From: Selaginella moellendorffii
Taxonomy: Eukaryota; Plantae; Lycopodiophyta
Reading direction: 5' to 3'
NCBI RefSeq assembly: GCF_000143415.4
Contig: NW_003314275.1
Span: 1,841,419 to 1,905,418 of the forward strand
Length of the DNA stretch: 64,000 nt
The notes beneath the pieces are model-generated. The model was given only the letters and a program-made list of their open reading frames with translations, was not told the origin of the DNA and ran no database searches. Both the position numbers and the translations under genes were made by a program. Position 1 is the first letter of the stretch, and each line of letters begins with the position of its first letter. Shown here in pieces: positions 51,301 to 64,000 of this stretch.

Positions 51301-53816
51301 TCCACAAATTTTCTTAGACTTATCCAATGGCTGATCTGTTGATCACTTTGCTCGAAAACCATTCCGTTTTCGTAAGCCAGTACAAACTAGTGAAGGGGTT
51401 AGAGTTAACTTCGGTTAGCTTAGACCTAGTATGTAGTTTGTATGATGTGACCCGAAAGGGATGCTGACTTTTGGGGCTAAGGCAATTGAGTTGGATAGAG
51501 TCTGGAGTTAGTGTAGAGAAGTGGCCGTTGCACTTTTCTAAGAAAGGTGACCCTTGTGCCTTTCTTCTATAGTGTTATGCTTGGTGGCAGGTTGCACCTT
51601 GCATTTTGTTAGACTCTATGAGAGTAGTGAGCTCTCACTGATCTTGACTTGGACTTGGTGGTCCTGCGCCTTGGCTGAGGATAGTGATGTCCAACTTGAT
51701 TGTTTGAAGTTGAGATGTTAGTACCCGTACTATAGCTTTGTATAAGGAGGTTGTGTACCGATATGAGTCCATCTCATGGTCTTCACTTTAGTTTCGACTA
51801 AGTGTCGATCATGCTTAGCTAGCCTCTTCAAGGCATGCTCAGAGCTAGTGGCTAAATGCTTTGGTGAGCTTATCGTGGTTGAGTTGGATTCGAGTGGTCA
51901 TTTGGTTTGTGCTTGTCTATGAACTTTTATCTCATACCGGAGGTATCACGTTCATGTTGGACAAGTGTATAACTCAATGGCATGAGTTAGTGTTTGGGTC
52001 TTGTGAAAGGCAAGACAAGTGATTGTTGGTTGCTTTGCAACTAGTGATTGCTTGTAGACTTTGTCAAGGGCTTTGGACACTTGCTTCGCTTGATGAAGAT
52101 TTAGCAGTGATGGGTTTACTTTACCGGATGGTATTGCAGAGGATCGTGTCATTTGACTTACATGGGTTTTCCATGTTGGCATGTCGACTCTACCTCTGTT
52201 GGTATCATTTGGTTGCGTTTAGTTCATAGTGTTGGATTTCATTGAGTCTTGGATGTGGTGATGCACTCCTTGAGGAAGTGTTATCTGTACCTGAGTAATG
52301 TTGAAGAACTAGTCTCGGATACTGACTAAAGTATCTTCGACTTTGGTTAGCTTGGTTGCAAAAGAGTTTTGAGTAGTGATTCACTCTTGCTTTCTTTTAG
52401 CTTTGTTCTGATGTTGATGGCATTAAGGTGATGCCTTGTCATTGATATTATTGACGTTGAGATTCAAGTGAGATGAGATGTCTATCCTTAGGATTGATAT
52501 TGCGTTTCATTAGTCTCGATGAAAATAGTGTTGATGATTTGGCTATGGCTTTGTGTTATTGGCATTCGTGCATTTGCTAATTAGCAACTGTGTTGACGTT
52601 CAAACAAGCGAAATGGCAAGTTTGAGTTAGTTGTGTTCTAGACGAGATTATTTACTAGGGGTTGAGCTTTGGCTTTTCCTTGAAAAGTGATTTAGTTGTG
52701 GATAACACTAACTTTACAAGCGGAAGAGTTAGTGATTGATATTGGAATGTTTGAATCCTTATTGGATTTGAGTTGGAATATATCGAACATTAATGATTCT
52801 TCTTGTGCTTGTTATGAAGTGAGTTACGTCTTGTTATAGATGGATTCATGGAGGATCATTTGGTGATCACTTGTTGAGCATAGTTTCGTTATGCTTAGCT
52901 TTTGGATTGATGCAGACATGCTCTTCATTAGCTTTGCATTATGAAGTTAGCTTATGGATGTGTTGAGGAGGATATTATGGATTATACCATGATTTCTTCT
53001 TTAGCATTGAAGTTAGTTCATGTGAGACTCGTGATCATTGTTAGGCAAAAACTTAGCTATAGACTTCTTCGAGCTTTTGGTTCTTTGAGCTTTATGCTCG
53101 TTGTTCCATATGTTAGGAGTTGTTGGGGGAAGGCATTTTAGCTCATTAGCTTCGATGTTGACAATAGTCTTTGCATCTAGCAATCATTGGTGATGATTGA
53201 CTATCATCTAAGATAGTTGATTATCCTTGTCAAGGGTTTTGCTTGATTATTGTTGGTATAGAATGATTTGCTATTCTTCGGGATGGTAGATTCTTTCTTC
53301 GATGATGATTATGCATTTCTTTATTGATAGGATGATTGATGATCTTTCATGATGGTTAGTTGTTCTCTTTGATAGCTTTTGGCTTTTTGCAAAACCACGT
53401 GTTCTTTGTGGTTTGCTCTGGATTGGTCTCTTGGGTTTGAGACATCAGTAGGATGTTGCTGACACTTGCTTAGGCAACTTAAGTTCCTTGGTATTGTTGG
53501 CTGGGATCTATTCAGATTGGCTTTTGTGATAGTTGGCAGGAATGAGTGTTTGTTGGTCTTACCGCATTCATTCTCTACTGTTGATTGTTGCTTGAGTTTG
53601 TTCTGATAGATTGGAATGTTATTTCCTCCGGGTGATACATTCGCGAGCATTTTGCTTGCCAGTTGATGATACTTTGTGTTCTTTGAGTTTTCTTTGGTAA
53701 GTTGTTTGGCATTCTGTCTGCAATCTTTGATAGTTAAGTTTGGTCATTGAGTTTTCTTGATGATACACTTGCTATTGAATTTTGTTTGATGGTGAATCCT
53801 ATGTTTACCAGTTATG
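48390..53816 (+). mobile_element. Non-coding (LARD-like) LTR retroelement, copy 1: LTR 48390-49522, PBS 49525-49535, internal region truncated
   Basis: TGTCGCG...GCTACA LTR; TGGTATCAGAG (tRNA-iMet PBS); G/T-skewed internal region with no long ORF. Confidence 0.85.
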
Positions 53817-53831
53817 CTGATCTTGGTGGTT

Positions 53832-56800
53832 CATAATTGGTAAACATAGGATTCACTATCCAACAAAATTCAATAGCTAGTGTATCATCAAGAACACTTA
53901 ATGATAAAACATAACTATCAAAGATAGCAGACAGTAAACCAACAACTTACTAGAGATAACTCAAAGAACACAAAGTATCATTGACTGACAGGCACAATGC
54001 TCGCGAATGTATCACCCGAAGGAAATAACATCCCAACCTATCAGAACTAACTCGAGCAATAATCAACAGAACAGAATGAATGCGGTAAAACCAACAAACA
54101 CCCATTCATGCCAACTATCACACTAGCCAATCCAAATAGATCCCAGCCAACAACACTAAGGAACTCAAGTTGCCTAAGCAAGTGTTAGCAACATCCTTTT
54201 GATGTCTCAAACCCAAGAGACCAATCCAGAGCAAATCACAAAGAACATGTGATATTGCAAAAAGCCACAAGCCATCAAAGAGAACAACTAACTATCACGA
54301 AAGATCATCAATCATCCCATCAATAAAGAGATGCATAATCATCGTCTAAGAAAGAATCCACTATCTCAAAGAGCAGCGAATCATTCTATATCAACAACAA
54401 CCAAGCAAAACTCTTGACAAGGATAATCAACTATCTTAGATGATAATTAATCATCACCAATGATTGCCAGATGCAAATATTAACTTCATCGAAGCTAACA
54501 AGCCAAAATGCCCTCCCCAACAACTTCTAACAAATGGAACAACGAGCATAAAGCTCAAAGAACCAAAAGCTCGAAGAAGTCTATAGCTAAGTCTTTCCTA
54601 ACAATGATCACAAGTTTCGCATGAACTAACTTCAATGCTAAAGAAGAAATTATAGTTCAACCCACAATATCCTCCTCAACACATCCATAAGCTAAACTTC
54701 ATAATGCCAAGCTAATGAAGAGCATATCTGCATCAATCCAAAAGCTAAGCATAATGAAGCTATGCTGGACAAGTGATCACCAAACGATCCTCCATGAATC
54801 CATCCATAGCAAGACGTAACTCACTTCATAACAAGCACAAAAAGAATCATCAATGATCAATATATTTCAACTAAAATCCCATAAGGATTCAAATATTCCA
54901 ATATCGATCACTAACTCTCCCATTTGTAGAGTTAGCATAGTCCATGACTAAATCATTTTTCAAGGAAAAGCCAAAGCTCAACCCCTACTAAATAACCTCG
55001 TCTAGAACACAACTAATTCAAACTTGCCATTCCGCTTATTTGAACGTCAACACAGTTGCTAACTAGCAAATGCACGAATGCCAATAACACAAAGCCATAG
55101 CCAAATCATCAACACTATTTTCATCAAGACTAATGAAACGCAATATCAATCCTAAGGATAGACATCTCATCTCACTTGAATCTCAACGTCAATAATATCA
55201 ATGACAAGGCATCACCTCAATGCCATCAACATCAGAACAAAGCTAAAAGAAAGCAAAAGTGAATCACCACTCAAAACTCTCTTGCAACCAAGCTAACCAA
55301 AGTCGAAGATACTTTAGTCAGTATCCGAGACTAGTTCTTCAACATTACTCAGGTACAGATAACACTTCCTCAAGGAGTGCATCACCACATCCAAGACTCA
55401 ATGAAATCCAACACTATGAACTAAACGCAACCAAATGATACTAACAAAGGTAGAGTCGACATGCCAACATGGAAAACCCATGTAAGTCAAAGGACACGAT
55501 CCTCCGCAATACCATCCGGTAAAGTAAACCTATCACTGCTAAATCTTCATCAAGCGAAGCAAGTGTCCAAAGCCCTTGACAAAGTCTACAAGCAATCACT
55601 AGTTGCAAAGCAACCAACAATCACTTGTCTTGCCTTTTACAAGACCCAAACACTAACTCATGCCATTGAGTTATTATACACTTGTCCAACATGAACGTAA
55701 TACCCCAGATATGAGATAAAGGTTCATGGACAAGCACGAACTAAATGACCACTCGAATCCAACTCAACTGCAATAAGCTTACCAATGCATTTAGCCACTA
55801 GCTCTGAGCATGCCTTGAAGAGGCTAGCTATGCATGACCAACACTTAGCTGAAACTAAAGCGAAGACCATGAGATGGACTCATATTGGTACACAACCTCC
55901 TCATAGACAAAGCTACAGTATGGGTACCAACATCTCAAACTCAAATAACTAAGTTGAACATCACCATCCTCAGCCAAGGCGCAGGGCCACCAAGACCAAG
56001 TCAAGATCAGTGAGAGCTCACTACTCTCATAGAGTCTAACAAAATGCAAAGTGCAACCTGCCACCAAGCATAACGCTACAGAAGAAAGGCACAAGGGTCA
56101 CCCTTCTTAGAAAAGTGCAATGGCCACTTTTCTACACCAACTCCAGACTCTATCCAACTCAATTGCGATAGCTTCAAAAGTTAGCATCCCTTTCGGGCTG
56201 CATCATACAAACTACATACTAAGGTTTAAGCCAACCGAAGTCAACTCCAACCCCTTCACTAGTTTGTACTGGCTTACGAAAACGGAATGGTTTTCGGACA
56301 AAGTGATAACAGATCAGCCATTGGAAAAGTCTAAGAAAATTTGTGAAAAATTTTCCATCCTAGAGAAAGAATGACTCTCAGTCCAGGAATTCAAACTTTC
56401 AAGACTCAACCAACTTCCTCCTACCAACAACTTCACATAGGTTCACCTCAACACAAATTCTCATAACCCATAGTATGCTTAAGCCTCGAACATCTTTTTG
56501 CCCATTCTTTCGACATCCAACACCAACATCCGTAAAGTGCAAAGTGAACATCCAAGGCTTGATCACGAAGACCACATCTTCGGATATCCATATTGCACTA
56601 ACACTCTTCTTCAACCACTTTCAAGATCCAATGTGAAGCCCAAACACTAACAAGAAAAATGACATAGAAAATCAAGCTCTAAGGAAACTTCCTCATCACT
56701 CAAAAATAACAATACCACTTCCACTAACACAAGTGCTAGCAATGTCAATGCCTCAACTTCACACCTTTTCTATCCAACAATCTACTCCAAGTGCAAGCGG

Positions 56801-59297
56801 ATCAACCGACAAGCTATAACAAGTGAATGCTATAACCCTTTTCCAACACCTTATGGGCAAACTCTCAAAGGAACAACATACCAACTTAAACTTAGCATAA
56901 TGGACCATTATTGAGAATTCAGTCAAAGCTACTACAATGCTACTTCGTGCAAGTAGACTAGCATCACTATCAACCACTTTGGGGTTGCTCATCATTTAAC
57001 CAAGCAACTTCGTAAACATATTGCTCATTATCACATGGATATGATATAGAAATTACAATGACTTGATCATCAATTGAGCAACACCACGAGCAATGCCAAT
57101 GTTATTACTTCAAAGGTTTATGTGAGTATCAAGTGCTAACTCAATTCGACAAAATGCAACATAAATGCCACACTCCACCGATAGAGACTTACAACACCCA
57201 ACATCACTAACTTTTGTTCACTACATGGACAAGCTTATGCCACTCTCTTTCCGACCAAACTCAAAACTTAATCCAACACCAAGCTACTCAAGGAGCAATA
57301 GCAAGGTTCCTCAGAAAAGAATTGAGCATTGCAACCCAAGTCTTTCAATAGCAAGCCTAGACAAAATGGTTTAGCGCTTCACCGCTATCCATCCCACAAC
57401 TCACCATTTGTAAGACCATCATCTCCAAAATGCATCAAGGTAGGGACTCTTGATTGCATGATGTGAACACGAGCAATGAGTCACCCCTCGTTGCAAACCA
57501 TCTCTCCAAAAGAGAAGATGATTTACGTGTTTGATCCTTCGTCCCCGACGACTCTCTTTTCGGTCTCATCTTTGACTACACTTCAAGCTTGCGTTCGCAC
57601 TGCCTTCAGTCCAATCCAAGAAAAGTTTATGAGAGAGCACGGCAATGATTACTTGAACCAATAGACTAATCCCTACAGTCTTGATTGATCCACTTGTAAT
57701 CATGCCTAGGAAGGATCTACTAGTGCCGTGCTAAATAGCTACGGACCAGCCTATTTGCCACTCATAGCAAACTCAGGGAAAGTTTTCTTTTACCCACGGT
57801 ATAAGGAACAACTCACGGAACCATTGGAACAACCCATGGAACAATCGATAGGCTAACATTAATCCTGCCAACTCAAAGTGTAACCTCGAGTTGCTAACGT
57901 GCCTCACTCACGAGCCCAAGCTCAAACTCGTGTGTACGGAACATCTAAAATCCATTCTATGAGCCCAAGAGCAAGCTCACATCATAAGGTACAACAAGGT
58001 AACAAAATCCATACCCAAGGAACAATTGCGAAGCCTTTGCACCCAACGTGTACCCACTCGGATCATCGTTTTCATCTCTGCGTATGCAACGAGACTAGTT
58101 GCCCAATCTCATTGAATAGTACTCGCTGAGACTCATACCTCTGATACCAAATGTAGCGCACGTGGTTTTGACCCTTTATCCTATGGTGATTTACCATAGG
58201 ATAACACCACGAAGCGGAACCTAAACCCTCTTTGTGCCACGTGACGGATGCCACGTGTCACATGCCACGTGTCCATGCCACGTGTCCATAAGAACCTGAG
58301 GTTCAGGGCCTTGGGCCACTGAACAAAGGAACAATGCCAAACTCCCAAGCATGGAGCCAAGGAGTGACGGAACCGAACCACGGAGCAACTCCCGAGCATA
58401 AAGCCCAAGGAGCAAAGGGACAGGAGCCCGGAGCGACTTGGAACAGTCCTAGAGTAACCAGCATCCCAATGCCAGGACCAGCACGCAAAACGGAGCCAAA
58501 CGGAGTCTGGCGCTATTTCAGCATACCGGTGGCCTAACGCGAGGACATGGGTACTCCACCAACTAGCATGGAATGGAACTTGGGCTTAGACCCAAGCCGG
58601 ACGCAGAACAAGGACAGGCACGCAAGCGGGAGCTAGACTATGCCTCAGGTTGGTCGGCCATGCCCGACCTACCCACTATCCCTACTATACATTTGGAACC
58701 CCCCACAGCCCCCCCCCCCTTGAGGAACACACGCTTTGGGCTTTCACCCCAAGCCTCCCTTAGTATTAGGAGTTAGTCTCTGGGACAAGCTCGAAACTTA
58801 CTAAATATGGAATGTCCCTAGACTGCGAATTTGGACACGGGACGAACACCATTGTGTTCAGGACAATCTCTACATTCTGTAGATATGCCAAATGAGCAAA
58901 TCTAGACACTTTCCATAAATAGCATTTGGGACCGAAATGAGACCAACACAAAGGGCATGATAGCGAGGGTGTTTGGCAGACACGGTAAGCTATCATCTAG
59001 CAATATTGAGGGACCAATCTCAATATTGCGGGGGTTCCCAACACTAGCAAGTGCAAGTCAACGAATGAGTTTCTCTAACCAGGTCAAGTATGCTTGACTA
59101 AATAGACACTTAGGAATTCCTTCCTTATGCTCATCTGGTCAAGTGCACATGCGAGGACCAGTTTCTCAACTAGCTTAGGCGGAGACTGATAATGGGCCCA
59201 GCAATACCGACCTCCTGCCATCGTGGCAGTAAGGTAAGAGTGTCCGTAAGGACTGGTCGACAGGTAACTTTCGATACCCGAAGTCACATTCGCGACA
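53832..59297 (-). mobile_element. Same LTR element, copy 2 (inverted): LTR 59297-58152, PBS 58149-58139
   Basis: Reverse complement of 48390-53816 throughout; e.g. ORFs 49986-50174(-) and 57476-57664(+) are near-identical. Confidence 0.85.
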
Positions 59298-62200
59298 CTG
59301 ACCGACCTGAGGCATAGTCTAGCTCCTGCTTACATGCCTGTTCTTGTTTTGCGTCCGGCTTGGGTCTAAGCCTAAGCTCCACACCATGCTAGCTGGTGGA
59401 GTACCCATGTCCTCGTGTTAGGCCACCAGTATGCTGAAATAGCGCCAGACTTCGTTTGGCTCCGTTTTGCGTGCTGGTCCTGGCATTGGGATGTTGGTTA
59501 CTCTAGGACTGTTCCAAGTCGCTCCGGACCCCTGTCCCTTTGCTCCTTGGGCTTTATGCTCGGGAGTTGCTCCGTAGTTCGGTTCTGTCACTCCTTGGCT
59601 TCGTGCTTGGGAGTTTGGCACCGTTCCTTCGTTCAGTGGCCCAAGGCTCTGAACCTCAGGTTCCTATGGACACGTGGCATATGACACGTGGCATCTGTCA
59701 CGTGGCACAAAGAGGGTTAGGTTCCGCTTTGTGGTGTTATCCTATGGTAAATCACCATAGAATAAAGGGTCAAAACCACGTGCACTACATTTGGTATCAG
59801 AGAATGAGTCTCGGCGAGTACTATCCAATGAGATTGGGCAACTAGTCTCGTTGCATACGCAGAGATGAAACGATGATCCGAGTGGGTACACGTTTGGGTG
59901 CAAAGGCTTCGCAATCGTTCCTTGGGTATGGATGTTGGTTACCTTTTTTGTACCATAATAATATGAGCTTGCGCTTGGGCTCATAAGATGGTTTGAGATG
60001 TTTCGTTTCGCACAAGTTTGCGCTTGGGCTCGTGAGTGAGGCACATTAGCAACTCTTTGAGTTGGCAGGATTAATGTTAGCCTATCAGTGGTTCCGTGAG
60101 TTGTTCCATGTACCGTGGGTGAAAGTAAACTTTCCCTGGGTTTGCTATGAGTGGCGAATAGGCTGGTCCGTAACTCTTTCGCACGGCACTAGTGGATCCT
60201 TCTTAGACATGATTACAAGTGGATCAATTAAGACTGTAGGGATGAGTCTATTGATTCAAGTACTCATTGCCGTGCTCTCTCATAAACTTTTCTTGGATTG
60301 GACTGAAGGCAGTGTTAAAGCAAGCTTGAAGTTTAGTCAAAGATGAGACCAAAAAGAGAGTAGTCAGGGACGAAGGATCAAACACGTAAATCATTTTCTT
60401 CTCTTGGAGAGATGATTTGCAACAAAGTGTTAACTCATTGTTTGTGTTCATATTATGCAATCAAGAGTCCCTACCTTGATGCATTTTGGAGATGATGGTC
60501 TTACAAATGGTGAGTTACGGGATGGATAGCGGTGAAACGCTAAACCATTTTGTCTAGGCTTGCTATTGGAAGACTTGGGTTACAATGCTCAATTCTTTTC
60601 TAGGGAACCTTGCTATTGCTCCTGGAGTAGCTTGGTGTTGGATTAGTTTTGAGTTTGGTCGGAAAGAGAGTGGCAAGAGTTTGTCCGTGTTGTGAACAAA
60701 AGTTAGTGGTATTGGGAGTTATAAATCTCTATCAGTGAGGTGTAGCATTTATGTTGCATTTTGTCGAATCAAGTTGACACTTGATACTCACTTAAACTTT
60801 TGAAGTAATGACATAGGCATTACTCATAGTGTTACTCAATTGATGATCAAGTCATTGTGATTTTTATATCATACCCATGTGATAATGAGCAATGTGTTTA
60901 CGAAGTTGCTTGGGTCAAATGATGATTAACCCCAAAGTGGTTGATGGTGAAGCTAGTCTACTTGCACGTAGTAGCGTTGTAGTAGTTTCAACTAGATTCT
61001 CAATGGTGGTCCATTATACTAAGCTTAAGTTGGTACCTTGTTTCCTGGGGTTTACCCATTAGGTGTTGGAAAAAAGTTATAGCGTTCACTTGCTATGGCT
61101 CGTCGGTTGATCCATTAGCATTTGGAGTAGATTATTGGATGGAGAAAGTGTGCAATTGAGGCATTGACATCACTAGCATTTGTGTTAGTGGAGATGACAT
61201 TGTTAAGTTGAGTGATGAGGAATTTTCTTTAGAGCTTGATTTTCCATGTCATTTTTCTTGTTAGTGTTTTAGCTTCACATTGGATCTTGAAGATGGTTGA
61301 AAAAGAGTGTTAGTGCAATGTGGATATCTGAAGATGTGGTCTTCGTGATCAAGCCTTGGATGTTCCATTTGCATTTCACGGGTGTCGGTATTGGATGTCG
61401 GAGATATGGGCAAAAATATGTTCGATGCTTAAGCATACTATGGGTCATGAGAATTGGTGTTGAGGTGAACCTATGTGAAGTTGTTAGTAGGAAGAAGTTG
61501 GTTGAGTCTTGGAAGTTTGTATTTCTGGATTAAGAGTCATTCTTTTTCTAGGATGGAAAATTTTTCCACAAATTTTCTTAGACTTTTCCAATGGCTGATC
61601 TGTTGATCACTTTGTCTGAAAACCATTCCGTTTTCGTAAGCCAGTACAAACTAGTGAAGGGGTTGGAGTTGACTTTGGTTGACTTAGATCTTAGTAGGTA
61701 GTTTGTATGATGCGACCCGAAAGGGATGCTGACTTTTGAAGCTAAGGCAATTGAGTTGGATAGAGTCTGGAGTTGGTGTAGAAAAGTGGCCGTTGCGCTT
61801 TTCTAGAAAGGTGACCCTTGTGCCTTTCTGTTAGCATTGTGCTTGGTGGCAAGTTGCACCTTGCATTTCGTTAGACTCTATGAGAGTAGTGAGCTCTCAC
61901 TAATCTTGACTTGGTCTTAGTGGCCTTGCACCTTGGCTAAGGATAGTGATGTCCAACTTAGTTGTTTATGGCTGAGATGTTAGTACCTGTACTATAGCTT
62001 TGTCTATGAGGAGGTTGTGTACCGATATGAGTCTATCTCGTGATCTTCACTTTAGTTTTGACTAAGTGTTGATCATGCATAGCTAACCTCTTCAAGGCAT
62101 GCTCAGAGCTATTGACTAGATGTGTTGGTGAGTTTAATGCAGTTGAGTTGGATTCGAGTGGTCATTTTTCGTGTTTGTCCATGAACCTTTATCTCGTACC

Positions 62201-64000
62201 TGGGGTATTACGTTCATGTTGGACAAGAATATGACTCAATGACATGAGTTCAGTGTTGGGTCTTGTGAAGGCAAGTTGAAGAGTGATTGTTGGTTGCTTT
62301 GCAACTAGTGATTGCTTGTAGACTTTGTCAAGGACTGCTGACACTTGCTTCGCTCGATGATGATTTAGCAATGATGGGTTTGTTTTACCGAATGGTGTTG
62401 CGGAGGATCATGTCGTTAGACTTACATGGGTTTTCCATGTTGCATGTCGACTCTACCTTTGTCGATATCATTTGGTTGTGTTTAGTCTGTGGTGTTGGAT
62501 TTCATTGAGTCTTGGACGTGGTGAATCACTCCTTGAGGAAGTGTTATCTATAACTGAGTTTTCCTGAAGAACTAGTCTCAGATACTGAGTAAAGTATCTT
62601 TGACTTTGGTTAGCTTGGTTGCTAGAGAGCTTTGAGTGGTGATTCACTTTTGCTTTCTTCTAGCTTTGTTATAGTGTTGATGGCATTGAAGTGATGTCTT
62701 GTTATTGACATTGTTGATGCTGAGATTTGAGTGAAATAAGATGTCTTTCCGAAGGATTGATATTGAGTTTCATTAGTCTCGATGAAGATAGTGTTGATGA
62801 TTTGGCTATGGCTTGTGTTATTGGCATTCGTGCATTTGCTAGTTAGCAACTGTATTGACGTTCAAATGAACTGAGTGGCAAGTTGAGTTAGTTGTGTTCT
62901 GGACGAAATTATTTAGTAAAGGTTGAGCTTTGAGCTTTTCCTTGAAAAGTGATTTAGTCATGGACAACACTAACTCTACAAGAGGAAGAGTTAGTGATTA
63001 ATATTGAAGTGATCAAATCCTTGTTGGATTTGAGTTGGAATATATTGATCACTGATGATTTTTCTTGTACTTGCTATGAAGTAAGTTACGTCTTGCTATA
63101 GATGGATTCATGGAGGATTGTTTGGTGATCACTTGTTGAGCATAATTTCGTTATGCTTCGCTTTTGGATTGATTTGGATATGCTCTTCATTAGCTTTGCA
63201 TTATGAAGTTTAGCTTATGGATTTGTTGAGGAGGATGTTGTGGGTTGTACTATGATTTCTTCTTTAGCATTGAAATTAGTTTATGCAAGACTCGTGATCA
63301 TTATAGGCAAGACTTTGCTATAGGCTTCTTCGAGCTTTTGGTTCTTTGAGTTTTTATGCTCATTGTTCTATTTGTTAGAAGTAGTTGGGGAAAGCATTTT
63401 TGCTTATTAGCTTCGATGTTGAAGTTGGCTTTTGCATCTAGCAATCATTGGTGATGATTGACTTTCATTTAGGACAGTTGATTATCCTTGTCAAAAAGTT
63501 TTACTTGATTATTGTTGATATAGAATGATTCACTATTCTTCGGGATGGTGGATTCCTTCTTTGACAATGATTCTGCATCTCTTTATAGATGGGATGATTG
63601 ATGATCTTTCATGATGGTTCGTTATTCTCTTTGATGGCTTATGGCTTTTCGCAATGCCACATGTTTTTTTGTGGTTTGGTCTAGAGTGGTCTCTTGGGTT
63701 TGAGACATCGATAGGATGTTGCTGACACTTGCTTGAGCAACTCTGGTTCCTTGGTATTGTTGACCGGGATCTATTCAGATTGGCTTCTATGATAGTTGGC
63801 ATGAATCAGTGTTTGTTGGTCTTACCACATTCATTCTGTTCTGTTGATTATTGCTCAAGTTACTTCTGATAGATTGAATGTTATTACCTTTGGGTGATAC
63901 ATTCGCAAGCATCTTGCTTGCCAGTCACTAATACTTTGTATTCTTTGAGTTAGCTTTTGGAAGTTATTTATCATACTGTCTATAATCTTTGATAGTTAAG
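59298..64000 (+). mobile_element. Same LTR element, copy 3: 5'-truncated LTR 59298-59789, PBS 59792-59802, internal region running off the window end
   Basis: Direct repeat of ~49030-53738. Confidence 0.85.

Overview
Eukaryotic plant genomic DNA. The very compact multi-exon genes with mostly 50-100 nt introns resemble a lycophyte such as Selaginella, which is an inference from gene architecture. The window has three zones. (1) 1-11.1 kb is AT-rich, decayed Ty3/gypsy retrotransposon sequence. It includes one short-LTR element (tRNA-Ala-type PBS) that appears to be split by a ~5.85 kb inversion with a breakpoint inside integrase, plus an 885-N assembly gap inside its LTR. (2) 12.7-38.7 kb is a gene-dense island of 14 apparently intact genes: PLATZ, MUB, TPK, SUN, LUMINIDEPENDENS-like, SAUR-like, CPN20, KAB1-like, DUF1685, At4g08330-like, a GT31 galactosyltransferase, F-box/ARP8, an EPTSPKVTC-motif protein and PyrD. 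(3) 39-64 kb is repeat territory: decayed TE sequence with a 144-bp hairpin, a (TACATA)n microsatellite, LTR fragments, and three copies of a non-coding LTR element in +/-/+ orientation. Copies 1 and 2 form a ~10.9 kb palindrome (TGT...ACA ends, 15-bp spacer), the most striking structure in the window. No novel protein-coding system could be supported from sequence alone.
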